A DNA stretch of 61,984 nucleotides, filler included. It is 5 parts of 5 records of this genome, joined end to end, with 100 filler letters (N's around TTAATTAATTAA, not from the genome) between each part and the next. Parts side by side here need not be neighbours in the genome. Positions count along the whole stretch, not along the records: positions 10,481 to 29,193 come from DRR723986_8789; positions 29,294 to 38,165 come from DRR723986_8791; 3 more parts are not named here. One strand, written 5' to 3'. The first letter of the stretch is position 1. Every line of letters starts with the position of its first letter. Positions 20,603 to 30,527 of this stretch are shown here, one piece after another. The notes under the pieces are model-generated. The model was not told the DNA's origin, searched no databases, and saw only the letters and a list, made by a program, of their open reading frames with translations. The translations under genes and the position numbers were made by a program.

Positions 20603-21771
20603 CCTTGCTGAATATCGATATTTCCTATTTGAACGATCGACTGAAGGAACTTCTGAAAATTCCCAGCCCGACGGGCTATACGGACGAAATTGTCCGTCAC
20701 GTTTCCAAGGAACTGGAGGCGCTGGGGGTATTTTACGAAATCACCCGCCGTGGCGGTGTTCGGGCGAGAGTGTCCGGCAAGTCGCGCCGTCCCGCGCGGG
20801 CTTTCGTATCGCATCTCGATACGCTTGGGGCTCAGGTAAAATCGCTGAAAGACAACGGTCGGCTGGAGCTGGTTTCTATCGGCCACTGGTCCGCCCGCTT
20901 CGCGGAAGGCGCCCGCACGACGATCTTTTCCGAAAGCGGCGCCTACACCGGCACCATCTTGCCGCTGAAGGCGTCGGGGCACACCTACAACACCGGCGTG
21001 GATGAACTTCCGGTCGGCTGGCCCTACGTCGAACTTCGCGTAGACGCCTATTCCAAGTCGGTAGACGACCTGCACCGGCTTGGTATCGACGTCGGCGATT
21101 TTGTTTCCATAGACCCGGCGCCGGAGTTCCTGGAAAACGGCTTCATCGTTTCCCGCCACCTGGACAACAAGGCAGGTGTTGCGGTGATGCTGGCAGCGAT
21201 CAAGGCGCTGGTAGAGTCCGACATCGAACCGACGGTCGACGTGTTCTGGCTGTTCACGATTGCAGAGGAAACCGGCCATGGCGCCCAGTCCATCCTGACG
21301 CCAGACATCGCGTCGCTGGTTGCCATCGATAACGGCACCACTGCCCCAGGGCAGAATTCGGACGAATTCGGCGTCACGATCGCCATGGCGGACCAGACCG
21401 GACCGTTCGACTATCATCTCACCCGCAAGATGGTCCAACTCTGCCGGGACAACGACATCAAGTTCCAGAAGGATGTCTTCCGCTTCTATCGCTCGGATGC
21501 GGCAACCGCCATCGAGGCGGGGGCGGACGTGCGCACGGCGCTGATCACATTTGGTGTTGATGCCAGCCACGGCTATGAGCGCATTCACATGCACGCGCTG
21601 CGCTCGCTCGCCGAACTGGCGACCGGCTATGCTCTCAGCCCGGTGGAAATCCAGCGGGACGCCCGCGAGTTTGCGGACCTCAGGGGCTTTACCCGTCAGC
21701 CGACCGCCGATGCCGACCAGACACTCAATCCGGAGACGGACGAACCGCTGCCGGAACCGGCGGGCGAATAA
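20599..21771 (+). CDS. NAGGN-system M42 family peptidase
   Basis: IPSPTG, SHLDTLG, RHLDNKAG, AEETG and SHGYER motifs; third gene of the operon with an ATGA overlap. Confidence 0.9.
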   Translation: MTLLNIDISYLNDRLKELLKIPSPTGYTDEIVRHVSKELEALGVFYEITRRGGVRARVSGKSRRPARAFVSHLDTLGAQVKSLKDNGRLELVSIGHWSARFAEGARTTIFSESGAYTGTILPLKASGHTYNTGVDELPVGWPYVELRVDAYSKSVDDLHRLGIDVGDFVSIDPAPEFLENGFIVSRHLDNKAGVAVMLAAIKALVESDIEPTVDVFWLFTIAEETGHGAQSILTPDIASLVAIDNGTTAPGQNSDEFGVTIAMADQTGPFDYHLTRKMVQLCRDNDIKFQKDVFRFYRSDAATAIEAGADVRTALITFGVDASHGYERIHMHALRSLAELATGYALSPVEIQRDAREFADLRGFTRQPTADADQTLNPETDEPLPEPAGE

Positions 21772-21795
21772 CACCCGCCGCCGAGACCGGCTCGT

Positions 21796-22470
21796 TCAGC
21801 GGTTGAGTTCCGCGATCATGTGCCAGTGCCACGACCCGGGCTTCGAGTGCACCTTGTCTTCCAGGTAGCTCAGCTCAAACCGGTCGAAAAGCGAAACCAG
21901 CTCACCCGCATTGCAATAGAAATGCGGGTGATCCTTGTCGTCGTCGCCCTCACGAACCCACGTGTCCGCGGCAATTTCCGTCCCGATCCCGAAGTTCGCG
22001 TTGCGCTTTGACAGCATGGTTCCCTGGTAGATCCCGCCAGGTTTCAGTACCCGGGCAATCTCCGAAATGGCTGTACGGACGATCGACGGATCACCGTGAT
22101 AGATCACGTTGAAGGACAGGACATAGTCGAAACTGTCGTCCTCAAAGGGCAGCGACGTCATCGGCGCCAGATGCGTCGCAATCTGCATGCTTTCCAGTGC
22201 CGCGCTCTTTTTCAGCTCGGCCAGCCCGGCTTCGGAAAGATCCATCGCGTGGGTCTCGAACCCGGCGCGGGCAAAGGAAAGCGCATGTCGGCCGACCCCG
22301 CAGCCCAGATCCAGGGCCTTCACCGGCCCCTGCTTCTGAAGTCTTTCGATCAGACCGGCAACGTCCGCCTCCGGACGCAGCCAATCCGCGCGGCCTTCTT
22401 CTGTCTGCCAGCGCTTGTCCCACGCGAGATGGGCGGTATCGGTTTTTTCCAGAGTGTGCGTGTCGCTCAT
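21796..22470 (-). CDS. Class I SAM-dependent methyltransferase
   Basis: LDLGCGVGRH, FDYVLSFNVIYH and RVLKPGG motifs; ATGA overlap with upstream phnE. Confidence 0.9.
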   Translation of the reverse strand: MSDTHTLEKTDTAHLAWDKRWQTEEGRADWLRPEADVAGLIERLQKQGPVKALDLGCGVGRHALSFARAGFETHAMDLSEAGLAELKKSAALESMQIATHLAPMTSLPFEDDSFDYVLSFNVIYHGDPSIVRTAISEIARVLKPGGIYQGTMLSKRNANFGIGTEIAADTWVREGDDDKDHPHFYCNAGELVSLFDRFELSYLEDKVHSKPGSWHWHMIAELNR

Positions 22471-23300
22471 TGAGACGATCCTTCCAGTATCCGGCTGCGG
22501 GCGATTGTGCCAAGCCGCTCAACACAAAGAACCAGCACGAAGATCATCAGGATGATGGTCATAGCGAGCTGGTAGTCGAAAAAGTCCATGGCCACCTTGA
22601 GTTCGATGCCGATGCCCCCTGCCCCGACAAGACCAAGCACGACTGAGGATCGCGTGGCCTTTTCAAGCGCGAACAGCGAGGTGGTGATAAAGGAGGGCAT
22701 CGCGGCAGGTACCACTGCACAGAAGATCGTGTCGAAACGCCCTGCACCGGCCGCTGTCAGCGCCTCGGTTGGTCCTTTCTCCACATCCTCCATGGCTTCA
22801 GCGAAGAAGCGTCCGCAAAAACCGATGGTGTCGACGGCAATCGCAAGCGTGCCCGCGAATGGGCCAAGTCCAACCGAAATGACAAAGACCAATGCCCAGA
22901 CCAGATCCGGCACCGTCCTGAAGAGGGCAACCAGCAAGCGGGCACAGGTATAGACAGCCCGGGACAACATCGACGGCCGCGTCAGGCCTTTTGCGGCCAG
23001 GATCGCCAACGGCAGGCTGAGGACGATGCCGATAAGTGTGCCCGCGAGCGCCATCTGAAACGTTTCCAGCAACGCCTTTGACAGTTGCGGCAACCTTTCC
23101 AGCGAAGGCGGCCAGGCCCTCGACAGGAAGTCGACCAGCGCCGGACCACCAGAAACCAGCGCGGAAAACGACCAGCCTGCCCCCTGAAACGACCAGACAA
23201 CGAAGGCCAGCAGCGCGACATAGGCGACAAAATGAAATGCACCCGGGCGTTCGAACCGACCCGGCATGCGGGAGCGTTTCAATGTCAGGAGATCAGCCAT
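22467..23300 (-). CDS. phnE: Phosphonate-type ABC transporter permease
   Basis: RTVPDLVWAL, GLGPFAGTLA and GLVGAGGIG motifs. Confidence 0.88.
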   Translation of the reverse strand: MADLLTLKRSRMPGRFERPGAFHFVAYVALLAFVVWSFQGAGWSFSALVSGGPALVDFLSRAWPPSLERLPQLSKALLETFQMALAGTLIGIVLSLPLAILAAKGLTRPSMLSRAVYTCARLLVALFRTVPDLVWALVFVISVGLGPFAGTLAIAVDTIGFCGRFFAEAMEDVEKGPTEALTAAGAGRFDTIFCAVVPAAMPSFITTSLFALEKATRSSVVLGLVGAGGIGIELKVAMDFFDYQLAMTIILMIFVLVLCVERLGTIARSRILEGSSQ

Positions 23301-24108
23301 AATGCCTTCCCAGATCCGCAACACTCAGGTTGCTGCTCTTCTCGTCCAGAACGACTTCCCCTTGCCGGATTGCAAGGACCCGATCGGAGTAGGCGAGCGC
23401 CTGCTGCACGTTGTGCGAGGTGAACAGGAGCGTGATCCCCTCCTCCCGGGTGAGTTGGCGGAAAAGGTCCATCACTTCCTGGCCGGCAACCGGATCAAGG
23501 CTGGCAACGGGCTCGTCCGCGACGATCATTCTGGGCTGCTGCATCAAGGCTCTGGCGATCGCAACCCGCTGGGACTGACCGCCCGAGAGCTGGTCCGCCC
23601 GTTTCAGTGCATGGTCCGCGAGCCCTACCCTTTCGAGGCAAGATATTGCCCGATCACGCAATGCCGTTTTGGCCAGGAACTGCGACCAGCCGCGCATGCC
23701 ACCGGTGCGGCCAAGGTTGCCATGGATTACGTTGGTCAACGCCGAAACACGAGGCACCAGGTTGTGCTTTTGAAAGACAAAACCGACCTCGGCGCGAACC
23801 CGCCTGAGCTGGCGCTGTCGCGCGGAGGAAATGTCTTCACCGAACAACACAACCGAACCGGCTTCCGGCTCGATCAGGCGCAGCGCGCAGCGCAATGCGG
23901 TCGATTTTCCAGCACCGTTTGAACCGATCAAGGCAACAGCTTCCTCACGGCCCACGGAGAAGGAAACTTCGCGCAGCACGCTCCGGTCCTTGCCGAAAGT
24001 CTTGCAAAGGCCTTCGACCTTCAGGTCACACGGCGTCTCCGTCACGGGCTGTCGGGCTGGGACCGCCGGCGCAATTGCGCCGGCGGACTGGAGCAGAGGC
24101 TGCGCCAT
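23293..24108 (-). CDS. phnC: Phosphonate-type ABC transporter ATPase
   Basis: GSNGAGKS, LSGGQSQRVAIAR and ADEPVASLDP motifs. Confidence 0.9.
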   Translation of the reverse strand: MAQPLLQSAGAIAPAVPARQPVTETPCDLKVEGLCKTFGKDRSVLREVSFSVGREEAVALIGSNGAGKSTALRCALRLIEPEAGSVVLFGEDISSARQRQLRRVRAEVGFVFQKHNLVPRVSALTNVIHGNLGRTGGMRGWSQFLAKTALRDRAISCLERVGLADHALKRADQLSGGQSQRVAIARALMQQPRMIVADEPVASLDPVAGQEVMDLFRQLTREEGITLLFTSHNVQQALAYSDRVLAIRQGEVVLDEKSSNLSVADLGRHYG

Positions 24109-24980
24109 TATTCGCCGATGAACTTGTCGTATTGCGGGAAACCGGCGGAGGTGTACATGGACCGCACCAGGTCATAGGCACCATCTTCGATCGCCACCAG
24201 ATCCATGCCCGAATACTTGTCGTTTTCCTCGTGCTGCAGGATCGCGGCGATGATCGACTTCTTGTTGTCGAGGATCGCCTGACGCAGGCTCTGCGCTGTC
24301 GCGGGATCGACATGGGCTCCGGCCATGATCATGTCGTTCGGCAGATCGCCGGAACGGGCGATCACCCGGAAAAAGCCGTTCGGGACGCTGTCATCCTTGT
24401 TGCGGGTGCCAATCCACGAATTGTGATTGATCCCGATGGCGGCAACATCACCCTTCTTCAAGGCTTCATGCGCAATGTTGCGCGAAGTATGCAGCTTCTC
24501 GATGTCCTTGACCGGATCGACGCCATAATCGGCCATCAGCTGCATTGGGCACAGCATGTTCGAGGTGGAACCGATATCACCGAAGGCTACCTTCTTGCCC
24601 TTGAGATCGGCCGGCCGCGTCAAACCGCTGTCGGCTCGTACGACGACGGCACAGAAGTAATCCGGACGGCCAAGACCTATGAGGGGACGGGCTTCGGTCA
24701 GTTTGTTGATCACGATGTACTCAGCAGGACCGGTTACGACAAAGTCGACGCGTTTGGCGCGCAAGGCTTCAGCCGCCGCGGTCCGGCTGGTAACCGGGAA
24801 AAACTCGAAGGTGTGGTCTGTTGCATTGTCAAGGGCGTTTTTGAACGGCCCCCATTCAACCTGCAGCCGCTCCAGGCCCTCCACGTCGGTAACGGCCAGT
24901 TTGAACGTGTCGGCCAGGGAAGAAGACAGGGAAACGGCAAGAACGGCAGCCGCGAGTGCGACGGATTTCAAAAAGCGCAT
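24108..24980 (-). CDS. phnD: PhnD-family substrate-binding protein
   Basis: Signal peptide; TGPAEY, LKGKKVAFGDIGSTS and LPND motifs. Confidence 0.85.
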   Translation of the reverse strand: MRFLKSVALAAAVLAVSLSSSLADTFKLAVTDVEGLERLQVEWGPFKNALDNATDHTFEFFPVTSRTAAAEALRAKRVDFVVTGPAEYIVINKLTEARPLIGLGRPDYFCAVVVRADSGLTRPADLKGKKVAFGDIGSTSNMLCPMQLMADYGVDPVKDIEKLHTSRNIAHEALKKGDVAAIGINHNSWIGTRNKDDSVPNGFFRVIARSGDLPNDMIMAGAHVDPATAQSLRQAILDNKKSIIAAILQHEENDKYSGMDLVAIEDGAYDLVRSMYTSAGFPQYDKFIGE

Positions 24981-25054
24981 GACAGGAACTCCTCAGACAG
25001 CCGAAACAAAGCCGGCAAGGCATAAGGAGCGTAACGACAAGCACGCCGCGGAAC

Positions 25055-25217
25055 GTGACTGTATTATGTAAATTTTACGAAATTTACATCAGAGAAAGAC
25101 GGATCTACGAAGCAGAAAATTTCTTTATCTTCGAACCTCCAGACAAAACTTGATCTTATTTGTTTTCCGGCAAATTTTCTCGATGCTCCTGTCGTAAAAC
25201 TTCATAAAAGTATAATC
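25055..25217. promoter_or_regulatory. Divergent phn promoter region: Pho-box-like repeats and a 10-bp perfect inverted repeat
   Basis: Minus strand reads TTTCGT-AAAA-TTTACAT-AATA-CAGTCAC at 11-bp period. ATGTAAATTT-TACG-AAATTTACAT lies at 25066-25089. Plus strand has the weaker CTGTCGTAAAACTTCATAAAA at 25189. Confidence 0.5.
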
Positions 25218-25278
25218 GTATAGACATCTGTTCTCGGCACATGTCTGCTAGTTCGCTCTCCGTTTTTCGGAGGGCCCG

Positions 25279-26100
25279 ATGCTGGTCATTGAGCAATTAT
25301 CTAAAGTCTTTGGAGACCTGACCGCGGTGGACAGTGTCTCCCTTGCCATTCCCAAGGGACAGATGGTCGGCGTGATCGGCCGGTCCGGTGCCGGCAAGTC
25401 CACGTTCCTGCGCATGATCAACCGGCTGGCCGACCCCAGCCGGGGGACGATCCTCAACGAGGGACAGAACATCACGGCCCTGAAGGGTCGCGATCTGCGG
25501 CTTTGGCGCGCGTCCTGCGCCATGATCTTTCAGCAGTTCAATCTCGTCGAGCGCATGGATGTGCTGACCAATGTCATGGTTGGCCGCATCGCCCACACTG
25601 GGTTCCTGCGCTCCATGACACGATCCTTTACTGACGAGGACCGCGCCCGCGCCATCGAAGCCCTGGACCGGCTGGACCTTGTACCCCAGGCGCTGCAACG
25701 CGCGGGAACCCTTTCCGGCGGACAGCAGCAGCGCGTCGCCATCGCCAAGGCGCTGGTGCAGAACCCGCGCATCATGCTGGCCGACGAACCGATTGCTTCA
25801 CTTGATCCGGCCAACGCCAGCCGTGTGATGGACGCCTTGCGCGAAATCAACCGGACGGACGGTCTTACGGTGTTGGTCAACCTGCATACGCTCGACACCG
25901 CCCGTGCCTACTGCGACCGGATCATCGCAATGAAGGACGGGCGGGTTCAGTTCGACGGCACGCCGGACGCCCTGACCAGTGAAAGGGTTCGGCAGATTTA
26001 CGGATCCGACGATCTTTCCGGTGACATCAACGAAGCAGTCACCTCCACCTCCCTTTCGACAACTACTTCCCGGCCGCCGATGAAGGCTGTCGGGGCCTGA
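25279..26100 (+). CDS. phnC: Phosphonate ABC transporter ATPase
   Basis: [29 protein letters not shown] and [10 protein letters not shown] motifs. Confidence 0.93.
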   Translation: MLVIEQLSKVFGDLTAVDSVSLAIPKGQMVGVIGRSGAGKSTFLRMINRLADPSRGTILNEGQNITALKGRDLRLWRASCAMIFQQFNLVERMDVLTNVMVGRIAHTGFLRSMTRSFTDEDRARAIEALDRLDLVPQALQRAGTLSGGQQQRVAIAKALVQNPRIMLADEPIASLDPANASRVMDALREINRTDGLTVLVNLHTLDTARAYCDRIIAMKDGRVQFDGTPDALTSERVRQIYGSDDLSGDINEAVTSTSLSTTTSRPPMKAVGA

Positions 26101-26189
26101 CCTTCGCGAAGCGGATCATCCGCTCTCGCTCTTGAAGCGGCCTTTGCCGCGCAAATCGCCGGATCTGCCGGCACCAAAGGAGACTTGAG

Positions 26190-27101
26190 ATGAAGGCCAT
26201 TTTTGCAGCAGCCGTTTCCGCTGCCGTTCTTGCAGCCTCCCCGGCCCTGGCGGACAGCTGGAAGGACCAGTACAAGACAATCAAGTTCGGCATTCTTTCC
26301 GGTGAAAACGAAAAGGACCGGATTGCCCGTTACACGCCTTTCGAAAAGTACCTGGAGAACGAACTCGGCGTTGATGTCGAAATCTTCACCGCCGGATCCT
26401 ATGACGGCGTGATCCAGGCCATGGCGGCCGACCAGATCGAATTCGCCTTCTTCGGTTCGTCTTCCTATGTCGCTGCCTACACCGAAACCAACGGCGGTGT
26501 CGTTCCGCTTGTCTCCCGCCTGCAGAAGGACGGTTCCACCGGTTATTTCTCGGTCGTCGCCGTGCGTTGCGACAGCGGATACAAGACCCTTGACGACCTG
26601 AAGGGCAAGACACTGGCTTTTGCCGATCCGGACAGCACGTCCGGTTACGCCGTGCCTTACTTCAACCTCAGCAAACAGGGCTACGAGCCGAAAACCTATT
26701 TCGGTGCCATTCCCTTCTCCGGGGCCCATGAAACCGGTGTGCTTGGTGTCTACAACAAGCAGTATGACGCTGCCGCTACCTACATCACCAACGAGGAAGA
26801 CGGCATTCCGCAGCGCATGGTCACCAAGGGCATGATCGAGAAAGACGCGATCTGCACCATCTGGAAATCACCGGAAATCACTTCCGGTCCGCTGGCTGCC
26901 CGCAGCAACCTGCCCCAGGGCCTGATCGATGCCATGCGGACCGCGGTCATCGAAATCCCGGAAAAGGATACTCTGGCCTTCATCGAAATGACCGGCGGCG
27001 AAGACAGCACCCAGGAAGCGTGGATCGAGGTTGATCACGACCGTTACCAGTGGATCGTCGAAATGCGCGACTGGCTGAAGAAACAGCGCCGCGGCGGCTG
27101 A
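26190..27101 (+). CDS. phnD: Phosphonate ABC transporter substrate-binding protein
   Basis: Signal peptide; GILSGEN, YDGVIQA, FADPDSTSGY and FSGAHE motifs. Confidence 0.92.
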   Translation: MKAIFAAAVSAAVLAASPALADSWKDQYKTIKFGILSGENEKDRIARYTPFEKYLENELGVDVEIFTAGSYDGVIQAMAADQIEFAFFGSSSYVAAYTETNGGVVPLVSRLQKDGSTGYFSVVAVRCDSGYKTLDDLKGKTLAFADPDSTSGYAVPYFNLSKQGYEPKTYFGAIPFSGAHETGVLGVYNKQYDAAATYITNEEDGIPQRMVTKGMIEKDAICTIWKSPEITSGPLAARSNLPQGLIDAMRTAVIEIPEKDTLAFIEMTGGEDSTQEAWIEVDHDRYQWIVEMRDWLKKQRRGG

Positions 27102-27160
27102 CTTTGCAGAGCGAGGGAGGAGACCGTCTGATCCAGGTTTCTCCCGACGACCCGACCATT

Positions 27161-27197
27161 GTCATCCCGGGCGGCACTTCGCGTCTCCCGGGATGAC
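27161..27197. repeat. REP-like inverted repeat between phnD and phnE
   Basis: GTCATCCCGGG ... CCCGGGATGAC perfect 11-bp arms. Confidence 0.75.
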
Positions 27198-27269
27198 GCC
27201 AGGAAAAATTTGTTGCGCAGAAAGCTGCTGCGTCAGCGCTTCCTGCCCAAAATCATTGGAACTAGAGGC

Positions 27270-28184
27270 ATGACAGCGCTCTCCCCTGCCATTGACCGGT
27301 TCGAAATCGATTATGCTGCCGCCCGCCGGTCAGCCCTCCGGGTAAACCTCGTCTCGACCACGGTCTTCGCACTCTGCTTCTTCGCAACGGCGTGGTTAGG
27401 CGGTTTCTTCGACATGACCGACGTCACCCTGCCCGATGGCGACCGTGTGTCCATGTGGAAGATCTGGGCAGGTTTGCCACGGCTTGGAGAGTATCTCTAC
27501 AAGACCTTGCCGGAGCTTCACCGCGAGACAATCGGGGCGGATCTTGCCGGTTGGTTCTGGCGCTGGAAGGTCTGGCTCTGGCTGCTCCTGGAAACGATCC
27601 TGATCGCCTATATGGCAACATTGCTTGGCATCGTCGGTGCGTTTCTCCTCAGTTTCCCGGCGTCACGGAACCTCTCCCCCAACAGACTGGTCCTGAACGT
27701 CACCCGCCGGTTCCTGGAAATCATCCGAACGGTTCCGGATCTCGTCTGGGCCCTCATTTTCGTTTTCTGTTTTGGCGTCGGCCCGCTGGCCGGTGTTCTC
27801 GCCATCGGTCTTCATGCCACCGGCGCTCTCGGCAAGCTCTATTCCGAAGCCAACGAAAATGCCGACATGCGCCCGCTCGAAGGCATCAAGGCGTCGGGCG
27901 GCACCTGGTTCGACCAGATCCGCTACGGCATCGTGCCCCAGGTTGTCCCTAACATCATCAGCTACACGCTGCTGCGGTTCGAGATCAACGTTCGGTCCTC
28001 CTCCATCATCGGCTTCGTCGGCGCAGGTGGCCTGGGCCAGGAGATCCGCGTGGCAATGTCCCTGCAGGAATACACCGATCTTTCGGCGCTGTTCCTGATC
28101 GTCTTCCTCACCGTGATCGTCATCGACATGCTGAGCGAAAAGGTGCGTCACCGCATCATCGGCCTGACCGGAAAAGGCATCTGA
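27270..28184 (+). CDS. phnE: Phosphonate ABC transporter permease
   Basis: RTVPDLVWAL, GKLYSEANE and FEINVRSSSIIGFVGAGG motifs; ATG at 27270. Confidence 0.92.
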   Translation: MTALSPAIDRFEIDYAAARRSALRVNLVSTTVFALCFFATAWLGGFFDMTDVTLPDGDRVSMWKIWAGLPRLGEYLYKTLPELHRETIGADLAGWFWRWKVWLWLLLETILIAYMATLLGIVGAFLLSFPASRNLSPNRLVLNVTRRFLEIIRTVPDLVWALIFVFCFGVGPLAGVLAIGLHATGALGKLYSEANENADMRPLEGIKASGGTWFDQIRYGIVPQVVPNIISYTLLRFEINVRSSSIIGFVGAGGLGQEIRVAMSLQEYTDLSALFLIVFLTVIVIDMLSEKVRHRIIGLTGKGI

Positions 28185-28186
28185 TC

Positions 28187-29044
28187 ATGACCGCACAACG
28201 TCCAGATATCGCCCGCGCCAGAACGCTCGTACCAGGCGCCTTTTCAACGCCGCTCCGGACGCGCCTGATCCGTCTCGCCGGCTGGTCGGCTTTCCTTCTT
28301 TTGACCGGCTGGTGCCTGTGGGATTTCGGCTTTGCGCCTGAAAAACTTCTTCACGGGGCGACCCGCTTTGGCGATGTGTTTGCCTTCATGTTTCCACCCC
28401 ACATCTGGACAAGCTGGGCGGAATGGCAGGAAGTTCTGAAAGGCCTCGGGGAAACTGTTGCCATGGCGTTCATGGGCACGCTTCTGGGAGCCCTGGTTGC
28501 GTTTCCACTGGCATTCCTGGGCGCCAAGAACATCCTGCCACTGTCCTGGCTCCGGCTCGGTGTCAGGCGCGGTTTCGACGCCCTGCGGGCGATCGAACAG
28601 CTGATCCTCGCACTCGTCTTCATCCGCGCCTTCGGCCTCGGGCCGCTGGCCGGCATTCTGGCCATTGCGGTTTCGGAAGTCGGCACGTTTTCGAAGCTCT
28701 TTTCGGAAGCCATAGAGAACACCAGTCAAAAGCCGGTTGAAGGCGTGCGCGCTTCCGGCGGCGGCAGCCTGCAGACAATCCGCTTTGCGGTTCTGCCGCA
28801 GGCCCTGCCAGTGATCCTGTCGATCATCCTCTACAATTTTGAATCCAACACCCGCACCGGCACCATCTTGGGCATTGTCGGCGCCGGAGGCATCGGCTTC
28901 CTCCTCGCCGATCGCATCCATGCCTACCGCTGGCCGGAAGCCTGGACGATCATTTTCCTGATCATCTTTATGGTCTACCTGATCGACGGCTTCTCCGGCT
29001 TCCTGCGGCGGCGGATCATCGGCGCTGAAACGGGGCGAAAGTAA
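28187..29044 (+). CDS. phnE: Phosphonate ABC transporter permease (second)
   Basis: GLGPLAGILA, KLFSEAIE and FESNTRTGTILGIVGAGGIG motifs. Confidence 0.92.
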   Translation: MTAQRPDIARARTLVPGAFSTPLRTRLIRLAGWSAFLLLTGWCLWDFGFAPEKLLHGATRFGDVFAFMFPPHIWTSWAEWQEVLKGLGETVAMAFMGTLLGALVAFPLAFLGAKNILPLSWLRLGVRRGFDALRAIEQLILALVFIRAFGLGPLAGILAIAVSEVGTFSKLFSEAIENTSQKPVEGVRASGGGSLQTIRFAVLPQALPVILSIILYNFESNTRTGTILGIVGAGGIGFLLADRIHAYRWPEAWTIIFLIIFMVYLIDGFSGFLRRRIIGAETGRK

Positions 29045-29170
29045 TTTTCACCTGGGGGAGCGCCGAGATTTTCCATGATCGGCACTGCTACTACGCAACT
29101 TTGTGTTCGTGCGCGACAAACTTCCCATAAAACGAACAGTGTCAGCTCGTGGGTACCGGCATTGGCATGG

Positions 29171-29193
29171 ATGCCATGGTCAAGCCATGGCAT
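29171..29193. repeat. REP/RIME-like palindrome at contig end
   Basis: ATGCCATGG-TCAAG-CCATGGCAT; related copies at 34900 and 61959. Confidence 0.8.
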
Positions 29194-29293
29194 NNNNNNN
29201 NNNNNNNNNNNNNNNNNNNNNNNNNNNNNNNNNNNNNTTAATTAATTAANNNNNNNNNNNNNNNNNNNNNNNNNNNNNNNNNNNNNNNNNNNN
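29194..29293. other. Artificial contig linker
   Basis: N run + TTAATTAATTAA + N run. Confidence 0.98.
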
Positions 29294-29294
29294 A

Positions 29295-29322
29295 CTGGAT
29301 CCCCGCCTTCGCGGGGATGACA
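29295..29322. repeat. REP/RIME-like arm at contig start
   Basis: CTGG-ATCCCCGC-CTTC-GCGGGGAT-GACA; shares the GATGAC end with the 27161 element. Confidence 0.65.
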
Positions 29323-29418
29323 ACTGAGGAGGGCGGAAGTTCGTTACACGAACCACGTCAACTGCGCCCTCTGACACTTTCAGTCCAGACGTCCAGTTTG
29401 AACCGGAGTTTGTCGTGG

Positions 29419-30348
29419 TCAGTCCGACAAACTTCTCATATCCTTGATCCTCCCTTCCCCCGCTTCGCCGCCAAGTTCCCGGAACATCCAGTCGCAAAAG
29501 ATCTGGGCGTCGGGGCCGAGTGCCTGACGGGAGCCGTCGGTGACGAGATAGTAGCTGTGCCGGCTCTTTATCTTCTTGTCCGATGAACGGATCAGCCGGC
29601 CGCTGTCGAGATACGGTTGGGCCAGCGTTTCCAGAACCAGAGCGTGTCCATGGCCGAGAGCAGCCAGTTCCAGGGCAGAGAGGGTCTGGTCGACCTGCAG
29701 GCCGTTGCGTTTTGGAACCGCATGACCGTGGCTGCGGAAGAAGCTCTCCCAGGTGTCGATCACGCCCATGATGTCGAGCCGGGTTGCTTCCGCCAGCGCC
29801 TCGATTTCACGCTCGCCTGGGTCAAGTGCCAGATCCGGATGACAGACCGGGATGATCGGGTCGTTCAACAGAAACGCCACCACTCCGTCTGTCCAGCTGC
29901 CGTCGCCGAAGCGGATATCGATGTCGAACAGTTCCGGGCTGAGAGTTTCCGCCCAGGAGGCCGAGATCATCTGCAGGTCGATGCCCGGATTTGCCTCCTG
30001 AAATGCGCGCAGACGCGGGATCATCCAGAGCTGGCCGAAGCTGTTGAGGCAGCGAAAACGGACCGGCTGCCTGTCCCGCTCGCCAAAAACCGAGACGGTG
30101 GCGATGGAAAGATCCGAAAACGCCTTCTCGACCGTCGGCAGGTAAGTCTGCCCCAGTCTGGTCAGGGCCAGTTCCCTGTGAACACGGTCGAACAGCGGGT
30201 AGCCGAGAAGTTGTTCCAGCTGGCGAACCTGGTAGCTGACAGCAGCCGGAGTGATCAGCAGCTCCTCCGCCGCCCGGGTGAAGTTCCCCAGGCGCGCAGC
30301 CGCCTCGAAGGCGCGCAGCCATATGAGTGGTGGCAGGCTGTAGGCCAT
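29419..30348 (-). CDS. LysR family regulator (GcvA-like)
   Basis: LPPLIWLRAFEAAARLGNFTRAAEEL...AVSYQVRQLE and DIDIRFGDG. Confidence 0.93.
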   Translation of the reverse strand: MAYSLPPLIWLRAFEAAARLGNFTRAAEELLITPAAVSYQVRQLEQLLGYPLFDRVHRELALTRLGQTYLPTVEKAFSDLSIATVSVFGERDRQPVRFRCLNSFGQLWMIPRLRAFQEANPGIDLQMISASWAETLSPELFDIDIRFGDGSWTDGVVAFLLNDPIIPVCHPDLALDPGEREIEALAEATRLDIMGVIDTWESFFRSHGHAVPKRNGLQVDQTLSALELAALGHGHALVLETLAQPYLDSGRLIRSSDKKIKSRHSYYLVTDGSRQALGPDAQIFCDWMFRELGGEAGEGRIKDMRSLSD

Positions 30349-30527
30349 TTCGTCTTCCTTCCATCATCAGATGCGGAAACTGTTTTCATTTTCTGAAACG
30401 AATTCGCACCTGTGCAACAAGCGTCTCCTTCAAATTTTTTCAAAGCTATACCAAATATTTTTTCGTTTCAGGAATTTTCCATCCTCGCAGACACTTCTCC
30501 GAAACAGCGGTCAACCGGCAGTGCATC

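Noticed and set aside
17043-21771. asnB-like, GNAT/ATP-grasp and peptidase trio as a novel peptide biosynthetic cluster
   Set aside because: It matches the established NAGGN osmoprotectant operon; only its regulation is noteworthy.
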